Shown: positions 31,359 to 44,955, counted from the stretch's first letter. The stretch is 64,000 nt of DNA from the human T2T-CHM13v2.0 reference genome, Homo sapiens (GCF_009914755.1 NC_060925.1), one strand, 5' to 3'. Notes: generated by a model not told the origin, from the letters alone. Numbers and translations are program-made.

Positions 31359-31701
31359 TGAATTAGTTTGTTTTCACACTGCTGACAAAGACATACCTGA
31401 GTCTGTGCAATTTACAAAAGAAAGAGGTTTATTGGACTTGCAGTTCCATGTGGCTAGGGAAGCCTCACAATCGTGGCAGAAGGTGAAAGTCACATCTTAC
31501 ATGACGGCAGACGAAAGAAGAGCCTGTGCAGGGAAACTGCCCCTTATATTACCATCAGATCTCATGAAACTTATTCACATATCATGAGAACAGCATAGGA
31601 AAGACCTACCCCAATGATTCAGTTACCTCTCACCAGGTTCCTCCCACAACATGTGGTAATTCAAGATGAGATTTGGATGGAGACACAGCCAAACCATATC
31701 A
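31359..31701 (-). mobile_element. THE1B-like MaLR solo LTR
   Basis: Ends GACACAGCCAAACCATATCA; typical THE1 body. Confidence 0.88.
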
Positions 31702-32130
31702 TCTGGTCTCAAAAATGAAAAGATGCAATTATTTGGATATAAAATCAAAACAGGTACTGAATGAGAAGAATGAATGCTGCTCAAAACTGATTAATGTTAA
31801 GAAAATTAGATCAAGAAATTCTCCTCAAAAGCATAGTAAATGAATATAGACCCACCATGAAAGAAAACACACAGAGAATAAATCCAGGAGGTGCATTATC
31901 TGCATTATAGGAGTTCCAGATGGAGGAATAGAAGCAAAAGGATTCCCAAAAATAATTAAAGAATACCATAAGAACATTATCTTAAAAGACATATTTATAT
32001 CTATCCTGGTGCAGTTTCCAAAGTCCAAAGATAATTAAAAGTTTTCCAATGGACTATTATTTACCTATAATGTAAGGAGTATCAAGCTTCTCATCCCTAA
32101 TGCTATAGAAAACATGATCTGGTGATGTAG

Positions 32131-32457
<327 letters not shown>

Positions 32458-33129
32458 TAAAGAAAAAATGCCATTTATAGATACATGCAAAATAAATACT
32501 TTTCCTAATAATGAAGAACTTGTAAAGTTTATGATACATGACATTCTTGACAGAGAAATACAAAAACATATGATCATTATTGATGGCAGTAAAAGTATGG
32601 TAAAACCTAAGTAACACCTGGTAATGTATTTGGAAATACATTACAAATGCTAAAAATATTTTTTTCTTAGAAAATGTCTATTTAGTGTTTAAGTTTCCTT
32701 GTCTGCAGAAGGGGATATTGAATAGGTGATCTCACTGCAAAGCCCTGCTCTGCTGTGTTCCCTTCTTCAACCTGAACTTTCTCTAGCTGGGTCAGTTGGC
32801 CCCAGTCTCTTTCTCAGGCCACTATTTGTTCTCAAAGTACACTGGGACTTGTAGACAACACTTCAGCCTCTGAAGACCAACACACTGTAGTTCTGCAAGA
32901 TCAACAAATTGACTCCTACCTAATTCCTGAGCTCCTATAACCCACTGAGTAGTCATGTCTTATGAATGGGCTTCTGTGTCCCCCATTTCTGAGTCCATAT
33001 ACTGTTAATGGCATCTCAGCATCTTACCACCTCTTTGTACTTGGCCCTGGCTTGTTTCATGGTAGCTCACCTCTGAGGCACTGGAGCCCTGGCCATAAAT
33101 TCTTCTCTGAACACAATGCCCTAATTGCT

Positions 33130-34838
33130 GTACCAAGTTTGGAACTTCCTAGAGACTTGTTGAATGGCTTTGCTCAAAATGCTGATAGCAATATAGACAA
33201 TGAAATCCAGGCTGAGGTGGTCTCAGATGGAGATAAGGAACTTATTGGGAACTGGAGCAAAGGTGACTCTTGTTATGTTTTAGCAAAGAGATGGGTGGCA
33301 TTTTGCTCGTGCCCTAGAGATTTTGGAACTTTGAACTTGAGAGAGATGATTTAGGTATCTGGCAGAATAAAATTTTTAAACAGCGAAGCATTCCAGAGGT
33401 GACTTGGGTGCTGTTAAAAACATTGAGTTTTATAAGGGATGCAGAGCATAAAAGTTCAGCAAATTTGCAGCCTGACAATGTGATAGAAAAGGAAATCCCG
33501 TATTCTGAGAAGAAATTCAAGCCAGCTGCAGAGATTTGCATAAGTAATGTGTAGCTGAATATTAATCCCCAAGACAGTGGGGAAAATGTCTCCAGGGCAT
33601 GTCAGAGGTCTTCTCAGCAGCCCCTCCCATCACAGACTCTGAGGCCTAGGAGGAAAAAGTGGTTTCCTGGGCCAGGCCCAGGGTCCCCATGCTGTGTGCA
33701 GCCTAGGGACTTGATGCCCTGCCTCCAAGCTGCTCCAGCCATAGCTAAAATGCGCCAATGTAGAGCTCAGGCTGTGGCTTTAGAGGGTGCAAGCCTCAAA
33801 CCTTGGCCACTTCCACGTGGTGTTGAGCCTGCCAGTGCACAGAGGTCAAGAATTGGGGTTTGGGAACCTCTGCCTAGATTTCAGAGGATGTATGGAAATG
33901 CCTGGACGTCTGGGCAGAAGTTTGCTGCAAGGGTGGGGCTCTCATGGAGAACATCTGCTAGGGCAGTGTGGAAGGGAAATGTGGGGTCAGAGCCTCCACA
34001 CAGAGTCCCTACTGGAGCACTGCCTAGTGGAGCTGTGAGAAGAGGGCTACCATCCTCCAGACCCCAGAATGGTAGATACACTGATAGCTTGGACCATGCG
34101 CCTGGAAAAGCTTCACTCAATCCCAGCACATGAAGGCAGCTCAGAGGGAGGCTGTACCCTGCCAAACCACAGGTACAGAGCTGCCCAAGACCATGGGAGC
34201 TCACCTCTTGCATCAGCGTGACCTGGATGTGAGATATGGAGTCAAAGGTTATCATTTTGGAACTTTAAGATTTGACTGCCCTGCTGGATTTTGGACTTGC
34301 ATGGGGCCTGTAGCGCCTTTGTTTAGGCCAATTTCTCCCATTTGGAATGGCTGTATTTACCCGATGCCTGTACCTCCATTGTATCTCAGAAGTAACTAAC
34401 TTGCTTTTGATTTTACAGGCTCATAGGTGGAAGGGACTTGTTTTGTCTTAGATGAGACTTTGGACTATGGACTTTTGAGTTAATGCTGAAATGAGTTTAG
34501 ACTTTGGGCTATTGTTGGGAAGGCATAATTGGTGTTGAATGTGAGGACTGGATTTGGGAGGGGCTGCGGTGAAATGATATGGTTTGGCTGTGTCCCCCAC
34601 CCAAATCTCATTTTTAATTCCCACGTGTTGTGGGAGGGACCCAGTGAGAGATAATTGAATCATAAGGGCAGGCCTTTCCTTTGCTGTTCTCATGATAGTT
34701 GAATGGGTCTTATGAGATCTGAGGGGTTTTAAAAAGGGAGTTTCTCTGCACAAGCTCTCTCTTTGCCTGCCGCTATCCACGTAACATGTGACTTGCTCCT
34801 CCTTGCCTTCTGCCATGATTGTGAGGTTTCCACAGCCT
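33130..34838 (+). mobile_element. THE1 internal region plus partial 3' LTR (LTR starts at 34575)
   Basis: THE1-int ORF remnants (QAEVVSDGDKELIGNWSKGDSCY; GVWEPLPRFQRMYGNAW) then TGATATGGTTTGGCTGTGTCC. Confidence 0.9.
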
Positions 34839-34859
34839 TAGTGACTAAGACATAGTCAC

Positions 34860-35306
34860 TGTCTTAGACTGTTTGTGTTGCTACAGCAGAATCCCTGTTT
34901 TATTAAAAAACAATTGAGAGACGTTTACTTGGATAATGATTCTGATGTCTAGAAAGGCCAAGGTTGGGCAGATGTATCTGATGAGAGCTTTGTGTTATGC
35001 CCATTCATGGAAGAAAGAAGAAGCAGGGGTGAGTGTGTGCAAAGAGATCACGTGGGGAGGGAGAAAGCAAGGAAGAAATACTGAGGAAGGTAAACTCTTT
35101 TTAACAACCTGCGTCCTTGGGAACTAATCTACTCCTGCAAGAGTGAGAATTTACTGGCCCCAGTGGAAGGTCACTAATCTATTCATGAGGGATCTGCCCC
35201 CATGACCTAAACATCTCCCACTAGCCTCAATTCCCAACACTACCACATGCGGTATCAAATTTTAACATGAGCTTTGACAGACAGAAACCACATCCAAACC
35301 ATAGCA
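34860..35306 (-). mobile_element. MST-type MaLR solo LTR
   Basis: TGTCTTAG...CCAAACCATAGCA termini; TSD GTCAC at 34855-34859 and 35307-35311. Confidence 0.85.
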
Positions 35307-35309
35307 GTC

Positions 35310-37615
35310 ACCTACTGAAACAAAACATATTTTCTACCTCAAGCATACCATCTCAAACTGCATGCCCTCCCAAAGGAAAAGAAAGCAAATTGAGGACTGA
35401 TTCTTATTATTTTCCTGTAATATTTGGGTGGTTTCAAGGGCATGCTGAGACCACGCTGGGCCACTGCCGATTCTTGCTGTACGACTATTGTAGTAATGAT
35501 GAAGGTGACCTCATTTTCTGATGGTTGGGGTAATTATTTAATCTGAGAAAGCAGGATATAGCACCTTCTGTAGCCTTCACTCTCAAATGGAAGACAATCA
35601 AAAAAGCACATATGGGTGTAATAAATTTTACTGAAGATATGCATATGGGCAGCCGTGTTTTTCCTATGTTTCCTTTGCCCATCACAAATTGAGGGGACCC
35701 TCAAGCTCTCACTATACTGAAGAATATCCCCTTTCCGCATTTCTACCTTCACTCTGTCCTCTTCCTCATTCTATCTTCTTTTCTCCTACCCACTACTTTG
35801 CTTTTAGGAGCAAATAAAAATTCTCCCACAGAGCAATTTGGCATAATTTGTTATTAGGTTTCCTCTAGTACTTCAATCCTTATATTTTCTCTGTCCGCTC
35901 CAATAGACACATCATGAGGTTTTACAAATATGAGCATTTCCCTGTCTGAGCGTGTTGGGGTCAAATGTTCAAATAATAAAACTCAGCTTTACCTTTTATA
36001 ATATGTTATTTCAGTAGCTATTTTGCTGCAGGAGAGGAGGAGACTGCCAAAACAATGACAGTTGCAAATAGTGCAGACACTGGACTTTGGAAACTCTGTG
36101 GAAAAATGTACCACAGGAAGACAGAAGCATAGGGTTTAAATTGAATAGACATTTTGAGAAGTCTAGGAAAGTTCCTATCTAAGCAGTAGCTGCACATGCC
36201 ATAAAATTTGTCTGGACCTTGAAGCACAGGTGGCCCCAGTGGAAGAATGTGATATCTGAAGAGTGTCTGCAGAAGCACCCAACAGAATAGTGGTTTAGTT
36301 ATCCTTGCATAATTTTTTTACGTGGTGTGCTGCAAGTTTAGATTTTTTTTTAAAAATCATGTTTTTGTTTTTCTAGAACAGAAAAGCAACTGATTTCCTA
36401 GAATCGAGCCTAGTATGTAGGTAGCTCTTTGTTGCTTTCAGTTTCAATATGAATTATATTTCAGGAAATGTTTTAAGTAGACTTGAATTGGCCCAAGAGG
36501 CTGCTTTTCTGGCTGCAAAACTGTTACACTAGGTCATTTTAAAGCATAATGTCTGAAAGCATATACAATTTGGAGGGAATAAGGGAGAAACATCATTATT
36601 TTAGACTTCCAGCACCTCCTTGTTTGTTGTTGTTTTTCAAGTGCCATGCACTCAGCCCTTAAAAATGTTTGTACAAACAAGTTTATCATTATAAGAAGCT
36701 GAAGACAGGCCTCTTCCCAGGGCTGACTTAATAACTTGGTCATCATTTTCAGTGGTCTTCAATTCATTCTCCATGTGCTAGACTCAGTGATTTAAAACAC
36801 ACACACATAAATTGAATTATGTCACTTTTTTGCACAAAAGTCTAAAAATATTCCTATTGCACTTAGGCAAAAATCCTGTCTCCACACTATGGCCTGCAAG
36901 ATTCTACACGATCTGGTTCCTGCCTGTCCCTCTCTAAACCCAGTCTATTTCAGCTTCACTACATGAACTTTCAGTCTGGATCAAACATGCCAAGATATTC
37001 CCTAATCAGGAACTTTGCACAAAATCCCTCTGCCTGGCACTCATTTTCCTTTCCTGACTAAACCGTACTCACTAAAACCTCAACTCTGCTTTCCTCAGGG
37101 AAATATTTCTGACCTGCTAATCTAAATTAGGTCACTTTTCTACATTTACTTGTGACATTCTGTGCTATTCCTTTACAATGCTTATCAGAAATTAAAACAT
37201 ATTTGTTGATATGACAAATTGTTAATGTCTGTTTTCTGGACTAAAAACATCTAAGAACCATAGCAGTTTTGCTGATGTCATCACCTTTCCCTAGTGTCCA
37301 GCATGTGGTCAGCGGTCAATGTTCATTTATTGAATGATTGAACGCAATCCATGTTTAAAAGTGCTTACTTTGTTGTCATTCAGCACATATGAGTTTGGTT
37401 CTTTGCATCGCGGCCTTTTGATCTCATAGAACAACTATGGAAATCCCAACTCAAAATGCTCAAACATGATTTAGTGAATATGAGCCCATGTTACTCTTGT
37501 ATTTGTTACTGTTGTTGTCATCATCATTGTCATTCTATCATGTTAGGTTTCATTTTGATGGTTCTGTGACTTGAAAGAAATCCTTGTTTCTATAAGATAA
37601 ATGTGTTGTATAAAG
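35310..37615. repeat. Ancient local duplication, copy A (paralog at 59250-61093)
   Basis: Colinear shared sequence, e.g. TTCCTGTAATATTTGGGTGGTTTCAAGGG, TTTGCCCATCACA, CAATTTGGAGGGAATAA, TTTAAAAGTGCT. Confidence 0.88.
36395..36467. promoter_or_regulatory. GAS-ISRE-GAS module (GBP-promoter type), copy A
   Basis: TTCCTAGAA 36395-36403; CTTTCAGTTTC 36435-36445; TTTCAGGAA 36459-36467. Confidence 0.7.
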
Positions 37616-38949
37616 AGGCAGTAAGCTTAGGGGTTTCACTTGGGCTTGTTTCATAATTTTAGCAATGGTACTGGATTTCATTCTAATATCAATTATTTAC
37701 TTGTTATTATTCTGAATAGAAAATACAAATAATTACAAGAGACTTCTGATTCTGGCAGCATTTTGAACTAGATTAGTTAAAACTTTATTATAAAACAATG
37801 AAAAATTAATAAAACAGGGCAAACATCTTTTCTCATTGTTTTCCAGGGCTGACACAAGTAAATACCACATTCCTTCCTCAGTCCCCACAAAGGTCATGTC
37901 CTTCTCACATAAGAAATACATTCATCCCAACCCAACATCCTCAAAAGTATTAACCCATTCTAGCATCAACTCGAAATCCAAATCTCATCTAAATCAAGAA
38001 TGGGTAAGATTACAGGTATGAATCATGCTGGGGAGAAGTTCATCTCCAGCTGTGAACCTGGAAAAACAGACAAGTTATCTGCTTCCAAAATACAATGGTG
38101 ACAGGTAAAGGATAGACATTCTCATTTCAGATGAAAGAAATTAGAAGGAAGGGGATCTTGTATCCCAAGCAAGTCAGAAACATAGCATGACAAATTCCAT
38201 TAGATTTTGACGCTTGAGAATCATCCTCTTTGCCACCTTGCTCTGTTCTCTGGGCCCACACTGGGGTGGTGGACTGATCCTACAGGCCCACCCAGGCAAC
38301 AACCCCACCTTCTCAGGCCTGGGTGGTAGCTCCACTTTCCGGAGCCAAGGAGAAGATAGCTCCATCTCCTGGGCCTGTGTCCTCTGGGCCCATGTTGGCA
38401 GCCCAGCTGGACTCTACATTCGTGGTTCTGCAAAGTTATTCTTCCTTCATTTCATCCTGTCTCTGTCTCTTTTCCTCGAGACTAGCAATGTTTCTGCTTG
38501 GGTAAAATTCTCAAAAATCTTGTGCAATTTACAAGGGTTTGCACCATCAGAAAAAGTCTTCTACAGATCATTTCTGACTAACTACATCTCTATTACTGAC
38601 TTCTACTGAGATCGATTGATTGGATTCATGAGTCACATGCCTAATATCTTTAGCAAATGATTGTCCAGCCACCCCCTTGTCACTGTGTCCAGAGCATGCT
38701 ATCTGGATAGGCTGAGAATCTTCCAAATCATTAAGTGTTACTTTTTTTTAGTTGCTTAGTTGTTTCTTCTTCCATTTATCTGTCTCCTTTCATTTTATCA
38801 CAGTAGCAAGAAGAAAACTGGCTGTACCTTTAATTCTTTGTTTAGAAATCCCCTCAGCTAAATATCATCAAAAGGTCTAATTTCCACAAAACACTGGAAC
38901 ACAATTTGGCCAAGTTCTCTGCCACTTTTATTTATTTATTTTATTTTTT

Positions 38950-39716
38950 TATAGTTGGATTATTTTTTATTCTAATGTTACTTGAATAAGAACAAAATTA
39001 AAATAAACACACAAAAAAATGCCTCTGTGAATCAGTCACAGGGTTCCTGTAAGTCTGGGCTGGTGTCCTTTCTCTTCTGCTTGCCTAGCTCTTTGATGGT
39101 CTCTGTCTCTGCAGGACTAAACTTGGAGGTTAGCGTCACATTGTCATAATCAAATTCCTCATCAAGTGAGAAGGGTTGAGCTTCATCTCCACATATCTCT
39201 TCCATCTGTTTGTCCATTCTTTTTACAGTAGGCTTTGGCTTCACTTCACAGGTGGGAGGCTGGGCCACAGAAGGATACAGGAAGGAATGCTGGTGCTTAC
39301 ATCCTACTCCACTTCTCCTGGGAGCAGCAGCAAATCCTCACTTATTTGGGGTTTATTCTCTTCATCCATGTCCAAATCTTCCAAATCTAGGAAATTGTCT
39401 ACCTGTTCTTCCAAACATTGTGATGAAGTACGAAGAAAAATGGTTTTATTTCTAAGATGGTAGTCATTAGCTTCATTTTTATGAGTAACTTTTGCTTAGG
39501 TAAAAATGTTTTCCGAAGAATCAGTTCCAAACACTCCCCTTTTGGACACAAGATCCTCTTGTGAAAGATGAGTAAAAGTGTTCAGAAATTCTTCATCATA
39601 TGTTTGCTCATGACAATTAAGGAATTTATCCAGGACTTCTTTGATTAATTGATCTTCATGCATTATTTTCAATCCTGATGTATGAGCCCACATTCCTATT
39701 CACGAGGCCACAGTAT
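38950..39716 (-). pseudogene. Processed pseudogene of IFTAP (C11orf74)
   Basis: Intronless [34 protein letters not shown]...[16 protein letters not shown]...KRKDTSPDL; ATG 39693, stop 39032; premature TAA 39496-39498, a second in-frame TAG and a 1-nt frameshift; AATAAA and poly(A) remnant at about 38930-38970. Confidence 0.9.
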
Positions 39717-39813
39717 CTATGAGTGAAAACATGTAGTGTTTGTCTTTCTGTCCATGCAATAGTTTGCTCAGAGTTATGGTTTCCAGCTTCATCCATGTCC
39801 CTACAAAGGACAT
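39717..39813 (-). mobile_element. L1PA 3' fragment fused to the 5' end of the IFTAP retrocopy
   Basis: ATGTCCTTTGTAGGGACATGGATGAAGCTGGAAACC...TCACTCATAG. Confidence 0.85.
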
Positions 39814-39958
39814 ATTTATTTATTTTTTAAAGTTTTGTTTTTATTTGAAATGGTGGACTATATTGCCCAGGGTGGTTTCAAACTCCTGTATCAAGCTATC
39901 CTCCCACCTCAGCCTCCCAAAGTGTTGGGATTACAGGCATAAACTACCATGACTGGCC
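39814..39958 (-). mobile_element. FLAM/Alu left monomer
   Basis: Antisense monomer; outer TSD CTCT(G/A)CCACTTT at 38917 and 39958. Confidence 0.8.
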
Positions 39959-40123
39959 TCTACCACTTTATAATGAGAATTGCCTTTCCTCAAGTTTCCA
40001 GATTACAGATTACTAATTCCTGGAGATATTTCAGCTGTGTCTTTTATTTTCATCAGCATAGAGAATACTCAAAATCCTTGCCTCTCCCATGACACAGGTG
40101 CCTAATTTCTGTGATAATTATGG

Positions 40124-40621
40124 TATATTAATCAGTGTTCTCCCGAGGAAGTGTGTGTGTGAAGGTGTGTATGTGTGAGGAGGGACAGACAGACAGAAAA
40201 AAAAGAGAAAGAGACAGAGACAGAGAAAGATTTGTTTTAAGGAATTGGATCAGCTGTGGGGCTGGCAAGTCTGACATCCAGAGGGCAGGTCTGCAGGCTG
40301 GACATTCAGGTAAGAGTTGATGTTGCAGTCTTCAGTTCAAAATTCGCAAAGCAGCGGGTTAGAAACCCAGGGTAGATTTTTACATTTCAGTCTTGAAAAG
40401 AACACCTTTTTCTTTAGAGAACGTTTGTCTTTTTAAAGATCTTCAACTGATGAGTTGAGTCGCATTCACATTATAGAGGGTAATTTGCATTACTCAATGT
40501 CTGCTTTGAGTTTAAATATTAATTACATCTAAAAGCTACCTATATAGTGCCATCTAGATGGTGTTTTACCAAAGAACTGGGCACATTAGGCTAGCCAAGT
40601 TGATACATAAAATTAATGTCA
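40124..40621 (-). mobile_element. MLT2 LTR
   Basis: TATTAATCAGTGTTCTCC...AAGGAATTGG...GGCTGGCAAGTC...GCCAAGTTGATACATAAAATTAA. Confidence 0.75.
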
Positions 40622-40752
40622 AGAAAATGACACCTGTTACCACCTCCAGGGGAGGAGTCCCACTAAGTGGAAGATAGAAAAGTGTATAAGAGTGCCCACC
40701 ATCAGGAGCAGCAGTCCCCAGATGTCTTCCCACTGCCTGGTTTGCAAGGTAT

Positions 40753-43700
40753 TGTAATTGCCAAGAGACACATGACTCACATAGGTATTAGATGGAGCAA
40801 CTCTTCACTCACATAGAAATAGTGCAAGATCAGCTTTAATAGTGCCTATGGCCGGTGGGTTTGTTCCACAGCCAATACAAGGAGATGGGGTCTGTACACA
40901 GTCGTCTTGTGCTACAGGTAAAGCACCCCATTCTGTCCCTATTGGGAATAGATATAACAGTGAGGGTGGCCAGGTGTTATATGACATACACACTTTAAGT
41001 AGAACAAAAAGCATCTATCAAGACCAGAATAGAGAGACACACTCCCGAACACAGTGATATGCCCATCAAAAGGCTATGAGGGCTCCTTATCACCCTGTAA
41101 GGAAGTGTCCCAGGCCCAAAGCCACTCTTATGTGGTCATGAAGGGGTTGAAAGACTGTGCACATGAGACCACCTTTCCCAATAGTCCACCCCTCCCCTGA
41201 CCCCTTCTGGGACACTGTAATGACAGATAAAACCTATTAAATCTGACAAGACCACTACCTGCCTCAAATTGAAAGATGGAGCTGGGTTTGAGTCTGCTGT
41301 GCCTCTGAACAACCTGTATGCATGCAGTTTGCTTTCAGAGCCTCCTTGTCATTTTGAGACAGCACTTCATCAGGTTCACTGGAAGAACCAGACCCAGGAG
41401 GATGATCAGGCCTTCCTGGAAAATGGTCCTCAACCAACAACATGAGTGCTTGGATTAAGCCAACTAAAGAGGTAAAAAAAAATGAGTGTAGAGAGAATGC
41501 AGGTGTACAGCTAATAACCATCCAGTTGAGCACCCCACCTTCTCCAATTCAGTTTCTACATTCCCTAAATTATTAAGGTATAAACAGCAACAAGTGTTGG
41601 CAATACCTACCTGTTTGGCCAGCACATAATTGAAGGCTATTCAGTTATCTATCACTATGGTGGTGAGTGAGTTCAGTGAGACTTACTGGTCTTGAAGCAT
41701 GAAGAACATCCAAGTTGTCGTGTACAAGTAATTCTCTTACAACAAGATTGTAGGACAAGACAGTCTTCACTCTGGGATGACAAATCCAGCATTGTTTGAG
41801 TTTATCTCCTCTCTCCATAGCTGTGCTGATTCTCTTCAGGGTGTTGTTATGCCAGGCAGGGCAGAGGCTTCTGCAGCAATGAGATGAGGAAAGATTAGTG
41901 CTTCCTCACTCTACTGTTGATCCACAAACCTTCAAAGGCTGCAGACGCTCTTATCCAATTATCTGGGTGAGGATTGCCTGGGATAGCCACTCAAGCTGTC
42001 TATTTGAGTCCTAAGGTTACAACTTCTGCAGGGACATGCTGCCCTTATTGCTTGACCCAAATCCTTTGGCCTTGGTTGTCCAATTCAGGAAGAGGATCAC
42101 ATGTTGAACACATTTGTTATATTCTATAATATCACCCAGCTGTATTGAGGGGCCTGGAATCCCAGGTGTGATCAGAGGAATGCTGGTTCCTCAACATTCT
42201 GTTGCTCCTTTCTCCATCCACATTGAGAGGCACCAGAAGGTAGCATTGCCTCCAGGTTTGAATTGGGAGGCCCTATTATGGTGCCATTGTAGCCCAGATC
42301 ACAACCACCTTTGGGGAGTACTTTCCTGTAGGAAAATAGATAAAGAATGATTGGATATACTGAGATTGGGATTTTGAAGGTGCAGCCCAATCAAGAAACT
42401 CCCTGGTCCCCCACCTCCTCCCAGCTCAGTATTTCCCAGCATGAATTGCAGTGCCACGTTTAATGTCAAAATGGATTTTCTTAGTGTATTAGTCTGTTCT
42501 CATGCTGTTAATAAAGACATACCAGAGAGTGGGTAATTTATAAAGGAAAGAGGTTTAATGGACTCACAGTTCCACATGGCTGGGGAGGTCTCAAAATCAT
42601 GGCAGAAGGCAAAGGAGAAGCACAGGCACATCTTACATGGCGGCAAGCAAGAGAGCATGTGCAGGGGAACTCCCCTTTATAAAACCATCAGGTCTCATGA
42701 GATGTATTTGCTATCACAAGATCAGCATGGGAAAAACCTGACCCCATAATTAAATTACCTCCCACCAGGTTCCTCCCACAACACGTGGGGATTATTACCA
42801 TCCAAGGTGAGATTTGGGTGGGGACACAGAGCCAAACCATATCAGTTAGACAGGAGTGTCATCCTGTAGTCCTTCCTGATGATCTTTGTCTAGTTACTGC
42901 TTGAGCCACACATTTTATCATTTTATTACCCCATTTCTCTGGGTGAAATAGGGAAAATGCAAGATCCATCTTATGCCATGGGAACATGTCCACTGCTCTG
43001 TAGCTTGAGCAGTGAACACAGTGCTTTCATCAGATTGAAATTTTGCTGAACATATGCAAAGGTGCTTTTATAAAGCTACAGCAGTAGTTCTCTTGTCTAC
43101 ATGCTACACTGAAATGGTAGTCCCATATTCAGAACATGCATCAACAGTGGTGAAACACCACCAGAATCAGTGACTGGAAACTAGTGGTTTGATGTGGTCA
43201 TTTTGCCATATTCATGTGGGTCCTAAACCCTGGTTAATTCAGGCTAGTTTATCACATTGCACAGCCTGGGTTACTGACAGAAATCACACTGCTGTGTTCT
43301 ATCTTTGGCTTTTATTTTTCCTAGGGCAGGTCCTTATGATCTGGCCCATTCTTGCATCTGAGGTGGGCTCTGGGTCACATTCTATGGAGAACCCAATGAG
43401 CAACTGTGACAATTTTCTGAGCTCATGCTGGGTCAGCTCATGAGTGCCATCCACATTCCCTTTTGAATGGTCCTCTGCCATAGGTGTCAACACAAGTGAT
43501 GAATAGGTGTCTTTTCCAGTCCATAAGCTGCTTCTACATTCCTGGTTTCTGCAGAGAAGCTCTTAATGGTCCAATCATTAATCTGCCAGTCACTGGACCA
43601 TACGTAAATAAGTAGGAGGGAGTTGCTGTTGGAATACCTACACAAGTATTATTACCATGTAGAGCTTGGCCCATCAGGCCATGCATCCTTTTCTGGTCTG

Positions 43701-43910
43701 TCAAAACATGGCCATCCTTGGGGCATATGGCCACAGTGGCCCAGTGGACTCCAGCAGCTTTGAGTTTCCTGGAACCATCCATTAATTAAGCCATATCATC
43801 AGCTGAAACATCTTCAAACTGAGGACCACATTTAGCTAAGGGAAAGGAGGGAGCATCCCATACAGGCCATTCAGCCCCCTCTCTAGCAAAGCAGCTACTT
43901 ATTTACTCTC
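40753..43910 (-). mobile_element. Degenerate endogenous retrovirus: RNase H, integrase, env TM remnants and 3' LTR
   Basis: RNase H-like DGS (about 43780), integrase-like WQNDHI, TTVDACS, FQSDESTVFT, HFPYFTQRNG (about 42930-43215), env ISU/CC motif SLNSLTTIVIDN*IAFNYVLAKQVGIANTCCCLY (41578-41679). Confidence 0.75.
42485..42844 (-). mobile_element. THE1C/MSTA-like solo LTR nested in the ERV
   Basis: TGTATTAGTCTGTTCTCATGCTG...GCCAAACCATATCA; TSD (C/G)TTAG. Confidence 0.88.
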
Positions 43911-44680
43911 ATTTGTAAAATTATTCTTCTATAACTTTCAGAAGGGTATCCTATAAGCTTATTTTAATGTTTTTCAGATTAATGCAAATTTGTTTTTTTC
44001 TTCTCCTCTGTATTCTAAACAACTGTTTACATTTCACTTTAAATTAATGAATCCAGCCAACATTTATTCTATCTTTTGTTTGCCAGGTATTGATATCCCA
44101 TATTAGATGCTTTTTCTATTTTCATATTAAAATTTTGGTGAAGGACAGAAAAATGCATACAGACATAAAAATAAGTCAGAACAAAAAAGCTGTATCAAAA
44201 ATGTTTTAAATTGCTTTAAATTATTATTCAAAGGAAATAAATTCAAATAGTAACAACATACATTTTATAATATCAACAGAGGGTAAAATTAAGACATTGC
44301 AAGCCATTGTGGTTGTTTTTCACAAATTTTTTCCTTTGACTTTGAAGTACAATTGTTTTAAGTGTTTTGCACATCGTCACTCGCTTTTCTTAGTTATTCA
44401 ACTTGGTTATAAAAATACAGCAATAGGAAAGTAAATGGTAAACTTCTTAACATCTTCATTTTTTCAAAAATATGACTTTATATTAACAGCTTGTAACACT
44501 GTCTATATTTTTCTTTTAAAAGTGTTTTCATCATGAGAGGATGTTTGCAGCAGGAATATATCCTGGTTTGACTGGGAAAGTGAGAGGAAGCTATCAACAC
44601 TTCCAGATAAGAAAAAAGAGAATTCTCTCTATGCTGTGTGCTTGTTCCGGCAGGCTATCTTCACCTGGAGACAACTGCCA

Positions 44681-44955
44681 CTAGATTAGCTGTCAGTTCC
44701 CTGCATTTCTGAGTGTGCATATCTGCTAATTTTAGGTCAGTGTGGGCCTATCTTAGGATCTTTGTGTGGTAGGAGGGTTTCCGGTTTTAGGAAACACACT
44801 ACCACAAAAAGATAACCTTGGCAAAGATAACCAATTGCTGCTTATATTAGATAACCCTAGTTAGAATATCCACCTGGTAAACCTGGGAACCCCATTTAAT
44901 ATTGGCTCCATGAGATCATCTGGAGTAATTCAAAACAGCACAAACCCTGGGAAAG
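44681..44955. repeat. Direct duplication of about 270 bp, copy 1 (copy 2 at 46273-46526)
   Basis: Both copies run CTAGATTAGCTGTCAGTTCCCTGCATTTCTGAGTGTGCATATCTGCTAA...CACAAACCCTGGGAAAG. Confidence 0.93.

Larger units (their letters stand above)
37846..40010 (-). mobile_element. MST/MLT MaLR internal sequence, interrupted by a FLAM and the retrocopy
   Basis: CAAGTTATCTGCTTCCAAAATACAATGGTG, GGAACACAATTTGGCCAAGTTC...TTTATAA...CCTTTCCTC resemble MaLR-int. Confidence 0.65.

Noticed and set aside
32962-34399. ORFs of 89-145 aa as a novel gene
   Set aside because: Fragments of the THE1 internal ORF
39032-39693. IFTAP retrocopy as a functional retrogene
   Set aside because: Two premature stops and a frameshift
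43910-44680. Possible last exon or 3' UTR of the GBP relic, and exon 8 near 46170-46260
   Set aside because: No convincing GBP translation found by eye
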